A DNA stretch of 63,677 bases, filler included, from Folioceros fuciformis (Eukaryota): the NCBI GenBank assembly GCA_049999805.1. It is 17 parts of 17 records of this genome, joined end to end, with 100 filler letters (N's around TTAATTAATTAA, not from the genome) between each part and the next. Parts side by side here need not be neighbours in the genome. Positions count along the whole stretch, not along the records: positions 47,686 to 52,754 come from JBNGIO010005185.1; positions 52,855 to 56,692 come from JBNGIO010005186.1; positions 56,793 to 58,296 come from JBNGIO010005187.1; positions 58,397 to 60,202 come from JBNGIO010005189.1; positions 60,303 to 62,124 come from JBNGIO010005190.1; 12 more parts are not named here. One strand, given 5' to 3'. The translations under genes and the position numbers were made by a program. The notes beneath the pieces are model-generated. The model was not told the DNA's origin. It saw nothing but the letters and a program-made list of their open reading frames with translations, and made no database searches. Shown here piece after piece: positions 48,061-61,288 of the stretch. Numbering within the stretch: the stretch's first letter is position 1; each line of letters begins with the position of its first letter.

Positions 48061-51000
48061 TTAGGTTGAGGAGCAGTCTTGAATACCGAGCGCCTCCATA
48101 TGTATCATATGTTTGGAAGCAGGTAGGTATTTCGTAAGCAGATCAGCTGGATTCAGATCAGTTGAAACATGCTGAATTGTCACTTCTTTCTGTTGAACAG
48201 AATGCCTAATAAAATGATGTTGCACCTCAATGTGTTTTGTGCGGGCATGAAAGCGTGGATTAGCTGTCATAGCAATTGTAGATAAATTGTCACAGAAAAT
48301 GGGCGTAGGCTGTAGCTGAGGAAAGCCAAGTCCAGCAAGAAAACAACGCTCCCAAATAGCCTCTTTAGAGGCTTCAGTTAAAGCCTTATTCTCTGCCTCA
48401 ATCGAGGAGAGAGCTACAGAAACCTGTTTCTTGGAACTCCAATGGATGGCAGCACCAGAGAGGGTAAAACAATGTGCGGATATGCTTCGACGCACATCCG
48501 GATCTGTGGCCCAGTCAGCATCAGCCCAACCAGAGACGGCAAGTGTGTCCTTTCTTCGCCCCCGGAAGCATAGCCCATAATGTAAAGTGCCCCGTAAATA
48601 CCGAAGAATGCGTTTAACGGCACCCCAGTGCTCCTTACCAGGATTGTCCAAGAATTGAGAAACGGCACTAACAGAATACTGGATATCAGGACGGGTCCAG
48701 CAGGAGATATAATTAAGGCACCCGACCGCATGTCTATAAGGAACAGTAGACATGGCTGCCTTCTCAGAATCTGTTTGAGGACATTGGGCAATGGACAATT
48801 TAACACCAGCAACACGAGGAGTGGCTACAGGCTTGGCAAACTCAAGTTGAAAACGACGAAGAGTTTCTAAAATATATTTAGACTGATGTAACATGATGGT
48901 GTTAGAAGAAAAATCTCGAACCAACTGTACACCAAGTACAAAGGTGAGGGTGCCAATATCCTTCATGTCAAACTTGGAATGAAGCATCTGTTTAACCCAA
49001 GCCAGTAATGCAGGATCATTGGAAGCCAGTATAGCATCGTCAACATATAAGGCAAGCACCACCATACCACCAGCCTTGGAATAGAAATAAACATTAGCAT
49101 CACCTGGATTTTGCAGAAACCCAAGAGACTTGAGGTATGCGTCAATGGTTTTGTACCATTCCCTAGCAGACTGTTTAAGACCATATATGGTCTTCTTGAG
49201 ACGACAAACCCAGTCAGGATGTTCAGGGTCTACAAAGCCTTCAGGCTGTTGCATGTATATGTCCTCCTCAAGCTCCCCATAAAGAAAAGCAGTACATACA
49301 TCCATCTGTTGCAAATCCCAGGCATGAGCTGCTGCAAGAGCAATAATCATCCGTATGGATTGAGTTTTGACCACTGGGCTAAAAGTTTCTGTGAAGTCAA
49401 CTCCAGGAATTTGGGTAAAACCCCGTGCTACCAAACGGGATTTATACCTAGCAATCTCTCCATTTGCATTCAACTTATGTTTGAAAACCCACTTGGAGCC
49501 AATGACTTTACGTCCAGAAGACAAAGGACATAATTCCCAAGTGTCATTTTTAATAAGCGAGTCATACTCATCTTTGATGGAAGGGATCCAGAAATCCTTA
49601 TCTGGACCTGTAACTGCCTCATGATATGAACGAGGCTCCGACTTGTTGATAGAAGAAGGTATCTCTGTAGAAGAAACATGAACTTGAGGAAGAGAAACAC
49701 CAGCTTGATGTCTGCGAAAATCAATTGACTTGTATGGGGGTTCCGCCCATTGAGCTGGAGGTAATCGTGTCCTTTGTGGATACCGAGGCTCCGGCTCTAT
49801 CACATCTGGAAGAATAACAGGGAGGACCGGTTGAGGAGGTTCCCCATCCCCTGGAAGTTGCAGACCATCATTAGGAGGAATTGTATCCTGAAGGACATGT
49901 AAATCATCAGCACCAAATCCAGCCACAGCTTCATCATTGTTAACTTCAACATCAGCTATGGGGTGAGGATCTGCTAACATAGGAGGATCTACTGCTGCTG
50001 CAAAATCCTTGTCTAAACCAGGAGCTGAAACCTGTGGATCATGAACAAGAGGGACAAGAACTTGAGCATAATCTTCAGGAGCTTCATCTTGTGGAAAAGA
50101 AGTATACCCATCCTGGTCTGATATTTCAACATGTGTGACAGTCTCCTGATTATGTAGTAAGGAATCAAGATAAGGCTTGGCAGGAGAAGTAAGCTCCTTA
50201 AATGTCACACTTCGAGCAAAAATAGCTGAATTAGTAAGCGTGTCGTACAGCTTGTATGCCTTTGATTCTTCTCCATAACCCACAAATAGCAGAGGTTTGG
50301 CCCTGTCCTCCAACTTCTTACGTTTTTCCTCTGGCACATAAGCGTAGGCTGGAGAACCAAAGACCCGAAGATGTAAAATACTGGGCTTCCTTTGCCAAAT
50401 CACCTCAAAAGGAGTCTTGCCTTCCACCGCACTTGTCAGGAGACGATTCAAGATATAGGTAGCGGTGACCACCGCCTCTGCCCAGAAGGCCTTGCTTAGA
50501 CCAGACCATTCTAGCATGCTTCTGGTCATGCCTAGTAGGGTCTGATTTCTCCTCTCAGCAACGCCATTCTGCTGCTGAGTATAAGGAACTATAAGCTGCC
50601 TTACAATTCCATTGTCCAGCAAGAACTGAGTAAAATGGGCATGGACAAATTCTGTCCCATTGTCTGTACGAAGACATTTCAACAAGAGTCCTGTCTGACG
50701 TTGAATCATGACGAGCCACTCCTTAAAGACATTAAAAGTATCAGACTTTAACCTAAGAGGAAAAGTCCAGGAATACCTACTGTAGTCATCCGTAAGTGTT
50801 AAATAGTATTGTGCACCCCCTAAACTTGGAACATGGATTTTTCCAGAAGTATCCGCATGCACAAGATCTAAGACCTGAGATGCACGATGGGCAACAGTTC
50901 TAGGAAAAGGAACTTCTTTCTGCTTAGCAATTACACATGCATCACACAAGGGTAAGTTCTTAAAACACTTAGGCAGCGGCTCTCTATGGCAAGACAGATT

Positions 51001-52530
51001 TGCCATTTTGATAAGTTTATCCCGGTTTGCATGGCCAAGTCTAGCATGCCAAAGACGGGCCTCTGCAGCTTGGGATGTCTGAGCAACATGAACAACGTCA
51101 CCAGACAGGCAAGTTAAGTCAAGCTGATACAAGTCATGGACTAAAGTACCATTTGCTACGACCTGCTTATCCCCCCCTCTGCTTATAAGCTGACAAGCAG
51201 ACAAGGAGAACATCAGGTCGTAAAGACGAAGGGACATCAACTGACTGACGGAAATCAAATTCTTAGCCATGTGCGGGACGTGCAGAACATTTTCTAAATG
51301 CAAAAGTGAGCAATCATTCAAACGAAACACACACGTACCATGACCTTTGATGCTCAAGCCTGTACGTGTAACTTCATCACCTAACAGAACTTTGTCAGAG
51401 GTGAGAGATGCCTTGTAATAATGGAATATGGACCGATTATTACAGATGTGAGACGTGGCCCCAGAGTCTAGGTACCAAGTGTGTGGGGAGTGAAATGCAG
51501 ACGAGACAAAACAAACTGTCATTACAACAGGTTGCTTGTGAGGTGTCGACGAAGATGGTCGGTCCTTGGTGGCAGCAACATGTGCTTCAGCCTGTCGAGA
51601 AGGCTTCTCAGCTTTGCGTGCCTCACTAGCTTTCTTTTTCCTGCATTCTCTTTCCCAATGGCCCTGGATACCACACCAGTTGCATGATCCAGCCCGTTTT
51701 GTCGAGCCAGGTTTAAAACCTGCTCCAGAGGGAGGCCGTTGTTTGCTAAACCTGCCCTTGGTGAACAAAACCTTGTCAGTCTTCGTTTTGCCACCGTGGT
51801 AAGTGGACGTGAGTCTGCTTTGTTCCTCCTGCAACAGAGCTCCAATCACGTCGGAAAGATTTATGTTTGTGGGTTGTCCTGCAGCTCGTGCAGCATCAGC
51901 AGCCCGGACTGTAGCTCCATAGCTAGAAACAAAAGTTTGGTAGCTAGGAGGCAAGCTCGTCAGCAGCTGACTAACAGCATCGAGCTCAGGGAACTGTGAA
52001 CCAAGGTGGATTAGTTGGGCTCGCAATTGTCTGAAGCGGATGACAAAAGGAGACACCTTGTCACCTTCCTTGAGACGTAAGGAAAACAGTTCACCACGAA
52101 CAGCACACATGGTAAGAATATTCTTAGCCTCATATGTCTGTGTGAGAAGAGTCCAGATCTCTTCAGCCTTGGTAAGAAAAGCGACATCGGCGAGAAGAGA
52201 TTCGTCCAGCCCGCTAATCAAGACGGCGCGTGCAACGTAATTCAGGTTCGCCCACTTGTCCTTTTCTTCTTGTGTGGCAGATTGTGCCGGTTCCTTAAGC
52301 GTGCCAATAACAACTCCCCATACATGCCGAGCTTGCAGGGCAGCTGTCATGCGCACCTTCCAGCCTTCAAATTTCAGGCCATTGAATCTGTCTCGCTCCT
52401 TAAACTCCACAGAATAAGATGGCTGTGGGATGACAGGAACTGCAGGAAGAGAGGGGACAGTTCCACCTCCGCCTCCTCCCCCTCCACCTCCACTTCCGGT
52501 ACCGCTTCCTCCTCCGCTTCCAGTAGCCAT
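48061..52530 (-). mobile_element. Ty1/copia full-length uninterrupted gag-pol ORF (1489 aa)
   Basis: CNWCGIQGHWEREC, WYLDSGATSH, WHARLGH...CDAC, D-D-E region (TDDYSR, TDNGTEF, GVAERRN), LYVDD, ADADWA, ADLLTK. LTRs are not in the contig. Confidence 0.98.
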
Positions 52531-52854
52531 GACCTTTATTTCAGAAGGAGATCAGGACGGATGATCAGACCGCCCAAGATCTTCTTCGAAGAATGGATCA
52601 TGCTACAAGAAAGGTTGACAGTCGGAAGAGAAGCGCGTAGCGGGAGAGAGGTAAAGTCAGGGTTTCTAGATTTTGCAGCAGAGAGCGCTTGTGACAATTG
52701 GTAGCACGCTGGATGTCACCGGAGTCATGCTGCAGGGGCGTCCGCAACAACCAANNNNNNNNNNNNNNNNNNNNNNNNNNNNNNNNNNNNNNNNNNNNTT
52801 AATTAATTAANNNNNNNNNNNNNNNNNNNNNNNNNNNNNNNNNNNNNNNNNNNN

Positions 52855-54414
52855 TCAGAGTAACCCTAGTGGCGTGGTTACAGACTTTTCAGTCTTAACA
52901 GTATTGAGTCTTCGGGTACCCATAATTTGGGGTTGCCTCCTGAATTTGATTCGTGTCTACTAGGTACGTTTCTTCCTCCCCTTCCTCATAGTCCAGCAAT
53001 TGTACTATCATCTCCTCCAGTTCGGCCATCATCTCTTCCATCCTTACTTCCACCTTGGCCACCTTCTCCACTTCCCTCCTCACCTATTCAGTGTACTTCT
53101 TTGCACTTGCAAACTCCTGTTTTGCCTTCACCATCTCCTTCCTTCGGGTGTGGCGCTTCCACTCTGCTTCAATCCTTGATTTCTTCTTTTTCTTCCTCCG
53201 GCTGCGCTCATCACTCGACGAATCTCCCTCCGAGCTGTTGCTGGTTTCTTCCTCCGTGGAGCCGTCCGAGGAGTCCTGGGAAGAGCTCTCTTCCTCCGTT
53301 GAATCATCATCCGAGGACGAGAAGAACTTCTTCTTGGTCTTCTTGGATTTCTTCTTGTCTCCCTGGCCCTTCCTCTCGTCCTTCCTTGATTTCTTCCTCT
53401 CCTCCGCATCGGACTCTTTGTAGTTCAGGGCAGCCCTGATTGCTCGGTCCAAATCCCTCTCAGCTTAGAGTGTACGTGTTTCTCCATCGTTGTGCCTAGG
53501 CCCCTAGCAAACCAACGTATTGCCATGCGCTCCAAATAGGGGCCAGCGTGGTCCCGCAGGCTATGGAATCGTCCACATAGGCCTGCAACGTCTCCCTTTG
53601 CTTCCTTTGCAACCTCTCGAACTTGGACAAGACGTATCCCTCAACATCCACTCCTCGAAACCTCTCACGGAAAATTCTCTTCAATGCTTGGAAGGTGGTT
53701 GGAGGTGTGGACGACTTGAGGTACTCCCGCTTGTACCACTTGGCTGCAGCCCCGCGCAAGACTTCGTAGAACAGCGGAACACGTTGCGCATCTCCTGCCT
53801 CCTAGTTGGCAATGGTCAGCTGCTCAAAATGCTCAATAAAGTCATCAGGATCCTTGTAACCGTTCCTTTCCCCATACAGTGGGTAAGGCTGCTTAGTGGT
53901 TACAGCTACTGGAGTAGTAGTCATAGCTTCCACGGTAGTGCTTTCGGCTACTGCAGGTAGCCGATACAACAACCGCGCTTGAACTGACTTCCACACCCAC
54001 AAAATGTGTCTGGACTGAAGTTGAGCGAGGCAACCTGGAATGGAGATCTACCAGCCAGCTTGGATTGGGGTACCCGGGCCCAGATACCTCCTCCAAACTC
54101 GAAAGTTGCAAATCTGACTCAAAATCTGACCTTCACCTCCAGGCTGACTCCTTGTCCCTCTTCCTCGTCTAGCAGGTGTGCTCTCCCACTGCGATCTTCC
54201 GGCAACCCTCTGCAACCTCTCCGCTGCCTGGCGTTGCCACTCACCAAAGGTAGTTCTGCAGGATCATGCTCAAACTCGCTAATTCTCCTCCTAGGCATCC
54301 ATCAACCTATCACTACCTAGACTCTCTATTCAAGCTACCTTAGACTCTCTATCCAGAGGTTAGTCACTCCTACCTATGTTCTTGACATTGATATATTCCC
54401 CGGCAATGGCACCA
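52855..54414 (-). mobile_element. Athila-like gypsy leader and gag (decayed), with PBS at 54397-54414
   Basis: DPDDFIEHFEQL, LRGAAAKWY, LQRKQRETLQAY, and a Lys/Ser-rich tail. PBS TGGTGCCATTGCCGGGGA resembles the tRNA-Asp PBS of Athila-type elements. Confidence 0.85.
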
Positions 54415-54417
54415 AAA

Positions 54418-56692
54418 TGTGGGGGAAAATATTGTACCCAGGGGTACTACGAGGTCCACACAAGCCCTCTATGTCGTTATAGCACCGGGATTTGATCCCA
54501 AGGGAATGATTTGTGTCAAATAACACAAGTTTCTTCTAAAAGTCAGCTTCTACCTAGGTTGGACTTCAACTACCCCAGCTCCACTACCTACAGGTTCAAC
54601 TACCCCTACCCCTGAGCTGGTTTAGCTACCACAGTCCCTACTCTACAGTTTTGGCCTCACTCAGCTACCGAGGTAGGGGTCTCTACAACCACTGCCCCTT
54701 CAATTACCGAGGTAGGGGCCTCCACAACCGTCGTCCTTCCACTACCGTGGTGGGTTTAACAACGTCCGTGGTCCTTCCACTACCGTGGTGGGTTCGACAA
54801 CATCCATCGTCCTTCCACTGTCGTGGTGGGTTCGACAACGTCCGTCGTCCTTCCACTGCCGTGGTGGGTTCGACAACGTCCGTCGTCCTTCCACTGCCGT
54901 GGTGGGTTCGACAACGTTTGTCGTCCTTCCACTGCCGTGGTGGGTTCGACAACGTCCGCCATCCTTCCACTGCCGTTGTGGGTTCGACAACATCCGTCGT
55001 CCTTCCACTGCCGTAGTGGGTTCGACAATGTTCGTCGTCCTTCCACTACCGTGGTGGGTCCCACCCCAACCCCTAACTAATTATTTTCGGCGCAAGCGCC
55101 ACCACGGGTTTCTGCCCTGGACCTGCCAAACTCTCAGATCCAGGCTTATTCAATGCTTTCCACACATGCAAGTGCTGGTCCTTGGGGAACAAAGCCTTGC
55201 GGATCAGCCACACCCCCACACACACTCATCCAGCACTCCACACACATGCAAATCACACACAGGAGCTCTGGTTCACAGTTATTTTCACAAGCCTGCCCCC
55301 AAGGGTCTTAATCTCCAGCAATGTCTAAAATCTTCCAGCAAATCCTTCACCACTCCTCACAATCCCTCACAATCTTCCATGGGTTTTACAAGCTTTCACA
55401 GCCGCTCACAAACACCTAAAAATCTTGGAGAAATTCTCCAAGACTCACATCAAATCTTCAGCACTCCTCTCCCACTCTCCAGCAACTTCTCAGTCGTTTT
55501 CTTCAGCTCTTCAGCAATGCCTCCGGCAGTCTTACAGCAACATCAGCAGCCTTCCATAGTCCTCCACCAACGCCCAGGTATTCCTAAGAAATTCCCCAGC
55601 AATCTCGTCCAAACCTCAGCAAACTCTCCCAACAATTTCTCAGCGATTCTTCCAGCAATCTTGCAGCCGTCTTCCACGGTTCTCTTCAGTCTCTTAGCTC
55701 CCTCTTTCTCACCGTATTCAGTACGTAGCTGATGATTTAGGGAATAAGGGAAGGAGAAAACTCTCCCTCCACTCCAGCAGTGGTGGATTCGTCCCCCTCT
55801 CCTTAGCTACGGACAAAATCAGTCCTCACTCACTCCTTCTCAACTCACTCCAGCTCCTCAGCCTCCTTCTTCTCCTCTTCTCATTCTCAGCCTTCTCCTT
55901 CTCCTCTCAGCCTTCTCCTTCTCTCACTCACACTCTTCTCTCAACTCCAGATTCAAAATGCAGCAAATGGTTCAGGGAATAAGGGAAGGAGAAGCTCTCC
56001 CTCCACTCCAGCAACTGTGGATTCGTCCCCCTCACTCTCACTGCAAAACACAACTGGTCATTCAAGGAATAAGGGAAGGAGGTGCTCTTTCCACTTTGTG
56101 CAACTCGCAGATTCGTCCCCCTCACTTTCAGCTGTGTCTCTCAACCACCCCTAGGAGCGTCTCGCACTCACTGTCTCACCCAGACATCTCCAGTCCAGCC
56201 ATGGACAGTGCAGGGGATCTCAACCTGGAGGGGTCTCAAACATTTGCTAAATAGAGAGGCACCAACAGGCCCCTTTTGTACAGAGTTTCCAAGAGCGGGA
56301 GTCACAACCCGTCATAAAGTCTAGCTCTAAAATAGTCAATTTTAAAAAAGGTGCTCTTAATGGCAGATGGCACCAGGTCAGAATAGCATCTTACCAAATC
56401 TTATTTAAATACTATTCTAGGATGCAGCCACTCCTGGCTTACCTTAGTGCCACTCTCTCTCCTCCTATTTATTCTTCTGGCCCACCTTCCCCTACCACAC
56501 AAAATCTTCAGGCTCTCCTTCCATGCTACTAATTGGGCAAATCCTTCCAAAAATATCCACCTCACTCCTACTATTGGCTGTCCTATCCTGGCTGTCCACT
56601 CTCTGCCCTCCAAGGATGCTGGTTGCCTGTTGTCACTCTGGCTGCAATTATTGCTATTCTAGGCCTCCTAGTCCAGGTAGGGGTTTCAACAA
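54418..56692 (-). repeat. Probable long 5' LTR of the Athila-like element (far boundary uncertain)
   Basis: Ends ...CCCCACA 3 nt before the PBS. Non-coding, with internal repeats including three GAATAAGGGAAGGAG...GATTCGTCCCCCTC units at about 55741, 55976 and 56066. Confidence 0.6.
54734..55059. repeat. 38-bp minisatellite, ~8.5 copies
   Basis: Unit CCTTCCACTGCCGTGGTGGGTTCGACAACGTCCGTCGT, head-to-tail with no spacers. Two degenerate units lie upstream (~54665-54733). Confidence 0.95.
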
Positions 56693-56792
56693 NNNNNNNN
56701 NNNNNNNNNNNNNNNNNNNNNNNNNNNNNNNNNNNNTTAATTAATTAANNNNNNNNNNNNNNNNNNNNNNNNNNNNNNNNNNNNNNNNNNNN

Positions 56793-58296
56793 GCCAACTC
56801 ACGGAGGCTGAGCGCAAGTACACCACAACCGAGAGGGAGGCACTTGGCATGGTCTATTCATGTCGTAAATTCCGCCACTACCTCCTCTCTTATGAGTTTG
56901 TCTTCCATGTTGATCATTTTGCTCTCAAGCACCTAGTCATCAAGGCAGACCTATCGGGTCGCATAGCCCGCTGGATCTTACTCTTGCAGGAGTTCACGTT
57001 CACCGTGGAAACAAGGGAAGGGCGTAGGCATGTGAATGCTGATTTTCTGTCAAGGTTGAAAACGGAGAGGGTGGTTCAGGACCAAGAAGATGAATTTCCG
57101 GATGAGGCATTTTCAGCAGACATAGTGGAGAGGGAGAGGGCCCAACCAAATGCGAGGCTGCCAAGAGGTGAAGGTGCAGCACCAGATGAGAAGGGGAGAA
57201 GGGGGTTCCGTAAGCCTTCCTACCAAGAGGTGTCTGATTTTTTAGGCACGGGGGAGTTTCCAGCTGATCTCTCACGGCAGCAGCAGCGGCTGTTCTTGTA
57301 CTTCACAAGACTGGTTGTTCAGTACAAGGGCAGGCTATATCGCACAGGGGCTGACGGCGTGGAGCGTTTGTGGGTCAAGCCTGGCCAAGTGGAGCAAGTT
57401 ATCAGTTCCTTACATGAGGGAGAGGCTGGGGGTCATTACGCAGCCCATGTGACCTGCAGAAAAATTCTGGCAGCAGGGTATTGGTGGCCAACAATGCATA
57501 CTGATGCTGGAGAATTCATTAGGAGGTGTGATGCGTGCCAAAGGGTGGGGAAGCCTACCAGGACCACACAATGGCCATTGGTCCCCATCCTAGCCCTAGC
57601 ACCATTTGAGAAGTGGGGGATTGATTTCGTAGGACCAATCCAGCCCAAATCCAAGGGAAGGCAGAACCAATACATCCTGGTGGCAACCGACTACTGCACA
57701 CGCATGGTGGAGGCTCAAGCTTTGCCCGTGGACACAGCAAATGTGGTGGCCAAATTTTTGTTTGAACAGATCATCACGAGGTATGGGTGTCCGTTGGAGC
57801 TGGTGAGTGATAGGGGGACTCACTTCATCAATGAAGTGGTCAAGCACATGACTGAATATTTCAATATCAGTCATAGGAAGACCACTCCCTACAACCCTAA
57901 GGCCAATGGACTCACGGAGAAGGCTAACGGGTTGTTGTGCAAGATTCTCAGCAAACTCACCGTCAGCTATGCTCATGACTGGGATAGGAAGCTCCATTCA
58001 GCCTTGTGGGCATATAGGACTGCTGAGAAGGTTACTACCCAGCAGACCCCTTATTACCTCACCTATGGACACTCACCGGTCATGCCCATCGAATTTGAGG
58101 TACCCACCTTAAGGATGCGGGAGAGCAACCGGTTGCCCGTGGAGGAGAGCCAGTTGGAGAGGCTGACCAGTTTTTTGCAGCATGATGAGGGCAGGGAACG
58201 GGCGTTGGCTGTTTTTCTTGATGTCCAGGAGAGGAGGAAGAAGTGGCATGACCAGAAGTTGCGTAAACAAGAGTATGTTGTGCCTGGAGATTTGGC
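56793..58296 (+). mobile_element. Athila/Tat-like gypsy RNase H-integrase (open frame)
   Basis: YTTTEREALG, HVDHFALKHL, GHY...YWWPTM...CDACQR, PFEKWGIDFVGP, SDRGTHF. Confidence 0.96.
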
Positions 58297-58396
58297 NNNN
58301 NNNNNNNNNNNNNNNNNNNNNNNNNNNNNNNNNNNNNNNNTTAATTAATTAANNNNNNNNNNNNNNNNNNNNNNNNNNNNNNNNNNNNNNNNNNNN

Positions 58397-60202
58397 TCCT
58401 TCTCTGGTAGGTAGAGTAGGGTTTGTTTCTGCATCTTACATCGATAGGTTCCGAGACCGGATCCCCAAAGATCGAGAGCTCACATGCTCCCCTCCCCATT
58501 TGTTTGCATCCTTGCAAACAACACCACCTGTGGATGATAATACTTCTTTACCTTCCACCCATTGACACGGGTGGGTAAGAATTCTCCATTCAGCTCCCGT
58601 AGCTAAATCGACACGTTTTCAAAAACATGGGTCACTTCATAGGGTCCCATCCATCGGAGTCGTAACTTCCCAGGGAAGTCAAGGTACCGGTTGTCATAGA
58701 GCAATGCTAAGTCACCCGGAATGACGCGTTCCGTCTTCCTCAGTCTCCTGTCATGATGCCACTTCCGTCGTTCCTGTACTCCGTGAGTCTCTTCCAGTGC
58801 TGCGGCATGATCTTCCTCATGCGCAATGAGCTTCTCCATCCGAGCTTGTTGACTGTGTTGGTACTTCGAACTCGATGGGCATAACTGGCGACATCCCGTA
58901 GGTCAGAAAATAGGGAGTGCGTTTCGTAGTTACCTTCTCTGCTGTTCGGTAGGCCTATAGGGCGGAATGTAGTTTCGTATCCCAGTCATACATGTGGGGG
59001 ACAGACACCTTGGTGAGTATTGTCCCCAACAGCCCATTGGTCTTCTCCGTCAGCCTATTGGCCTTGAGGTTGTATGGAGTCGTTTTCTGGTGTCGAATGT
59101 TGAAGTAGCAGGTGAGCGATGCTATAACCGTGTTCAGAAAATGAGTCCCGCGATCGCTCGCCAGCTCCAACAGACACCCATACCTAGTGATGATATTTTC
59201 GAATAGGAATTTGGCCACGGTTGATGCATCGTCCTTGCGGGTAGCCTCTGCTTCAACCATCTTCGTGCAGTAGTCAGTGGCAACCAAAATATATTGTTTG
59301 CATGTCCGCTGCGTTGGAGGACGTATGGGTCTGACGAAGTCTATTCCCCATTTTTCGAAGGGTGCCAAGGGCAGAATATAGGTTAGGGGCCACTACGTGC
59401 CTAGGGTCGGTCTCCCAACCCGCTGACAAGCGTTACAACGCTTGATGTACTCCCAGACGTCTCTATGCAGGGTCGTCCACCAAAATCTTGTTTCCAAGAT
59501 CTTCTTGGCAGTCACCTGGATTGAGTAGTGACCGCCAGCCTCTTCAGCATGCAAGGCCTCAACTACTAACATGGCCTCCGCTGGCTCCGAACACGTGCAA
59601 ATTTTTCCATCGGGGCCCATCTTGTACAATATCTCGTGCTTCAGGCAATAGGGTCCTACCTTATGTAGAAAAACGGCACTCCCTTCCCTGCTCAGGTCGG
59701 TGGGAATGACTCCATGAGCCAGGAATTGACGAACTTCCTGATAAGTGGGCGGCCTGGTGCCCGAACGACCAATTCGTTCCTCCCGGGCGCGTCGTCTTGC
59801 CCGGGTGGCTCTGCGACTTCTTCCCTGGCGTCGATGGGCGGTCGGGGGATCTCCGATCACGGCGGCTTGCGCCCCTCCTTGAGGCGGTGATTCTCCGATC
59901 ACGGCGGCTTGCGCCCCTCCTTGAGGCGGTGATTCTCCGATCACGGCGGCTTGCGCCCCTCCTTGAGGCGGTGATTCTCCGATCACGGCAGCTTGCGCCC
60001 CTCCTTGAGGCGGTGATTCTCCGCAAGCCTCAGCATTGGGTACTTCTGTCGAACTCCCTTGAGGACCCACCTAATTAGGTTTGTTCTCGTCGTTGATCAA
60101 TGCCACTAGTTCTTCGTCATGGAAACGGTCATCCGTCTCTCGCACCCTTCCGCTTGTCTTAAGTCTTGAAAGGAAGTCCGCGTTGACATGTTTCTTCCCC
60201 GC
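58397..60202 (-). mobile_element. Athila/Tat-like gypsy RNase H end and integrase, decayed
   Basis: HVNADFLSRL, PFEKWGIDFV, PGKLRLRWMGPYEV. Confidence 0.94.
59850..60023. repeat. 42-bp coding tandem repeat, 4 copies (ESPPQGGAQAAVIG)
   Basis: TCTCCGATCACGGCGGCTTGCGCCCCTCCTTGAGGCGGTGAT repeated in the RH-INT linker. Confidence 0.95.
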
Positions 60203-60900
60203 NNNNNNNNNNNNNNNNNNNNNNNNNNNNNNNNNNNNNNNNNNNNTTAATTAATTAANNNNNNNNNNNNNNNNNNNNNNNNNNNNNNNNNNNNNNNNNN
60301 NNATACGATTAAGGTACGTATTTATTACGTATCAATACATATACCATCTATGTATTCCCATATTTCTTTTCTTTTTATTTTCTTAATTTCTCCTTTTCTA
60401 TTTTCACCCCTATTTTTCTGGATTTAATTCCAGAAATTCCAATTCAACTCTGTTTCACCTGCTTTCTTCTCCTCTTAGTTTGGGGCCTATTGTAGCACCC
60501 CAAGGTCAGTCTTCCATGGCCGAGGAACCATTTCGGCTAGAAGCTGATTCCGCTGAAAAAGCTACCGTTTTCATGCCAGGTTCCGGCTACTGATCCCATT
60601 GCTTCTTACCTCCTCTCCATCTTTCCCACTACTCATACTCCTCCCCTGGAGGCTGGCTTAGCCACCAAGGGTGAACAGTTGCAGGGGAAGACTTAGCGGG
60701 CGGCTGCCATCCAGCAAGGAAGAGGCGGCGTCCGCAGATCGATCAGACATCCCCCGAAGTCTCAGGATAGTCTAAGAGGTGGTAGATCCTTGTGGTGGTA
60801 GGGCCAGCTCATTGGTGGCAGGATGTGCTAGAAGTCTAAATAAGTGGCTGGTGACAACCGGCTAGGCTAGTGGTCCTATTAAAATAATATTTGTCAAGTT

Positions 60901-61116
60901 AGAGAGAGGTGAAGTCTGTTGGGGAATTAAACCCAACACGAGTCTTACTCAAGATAGGTAGCTTGAGGGTTAACCTATCTAACTCAAAAGACACATACAA
61001 TTCGTGTATAAAAGGACATCTGTTCATTTTTATATATTACATTACTTTTACAAGTCTTGCTTCTAGTCTTAGATGCTCTAGTCAAGTAGAAGATATATTG
61101 TCATGGTATCAGAGCC
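60901..61116 (+). mobile_element. PPT-like tract (60901-60909), short LTR (60910-61103, TG...CA), tRNA-Met PBS (61104-61116)
   Basis: AGAGAGAGG|TGAAGTC...ATTGTCA|TGGTATCAGAGCC, with a TATA-like TATAAAA inside. Confidence 0.7.
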
Positions 61117-61288
61117 ATCGATGCTCTGAGTCTTCCGCTGTATATACTAATTGATGTGTCTAGTCTAGGATCTCAATAGTCATAGATGATAGTCGCATCA
61201 GTTTCTGGCTTAACCTATCAGCAACAGGCTCATTCCTACACCTCCTTGGGCTGCCAGGGCCGATTATATTCTAAGGCAACACAATAAT

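Noticed and set aside
52927-53439. Pro-rich and Ser-rich plus-strand ORFs as host genes
   Set aside because: They are antisense to the low-complexity Lys/Ser/Glu tail of the gypsy gag.
54734-55059. CRISPR array or tRNA-derived B-box array
   Set aside because: Units are contiguous with no unique spacers and there are no cas genes. GTTCGACAA does not complete the B-box consensus and no cloverleaf is evident.
54785-55732. 315-aa ORF
   Set aside because: It arises from the minisatellite and C-rich LTR sequence and has no domain features.
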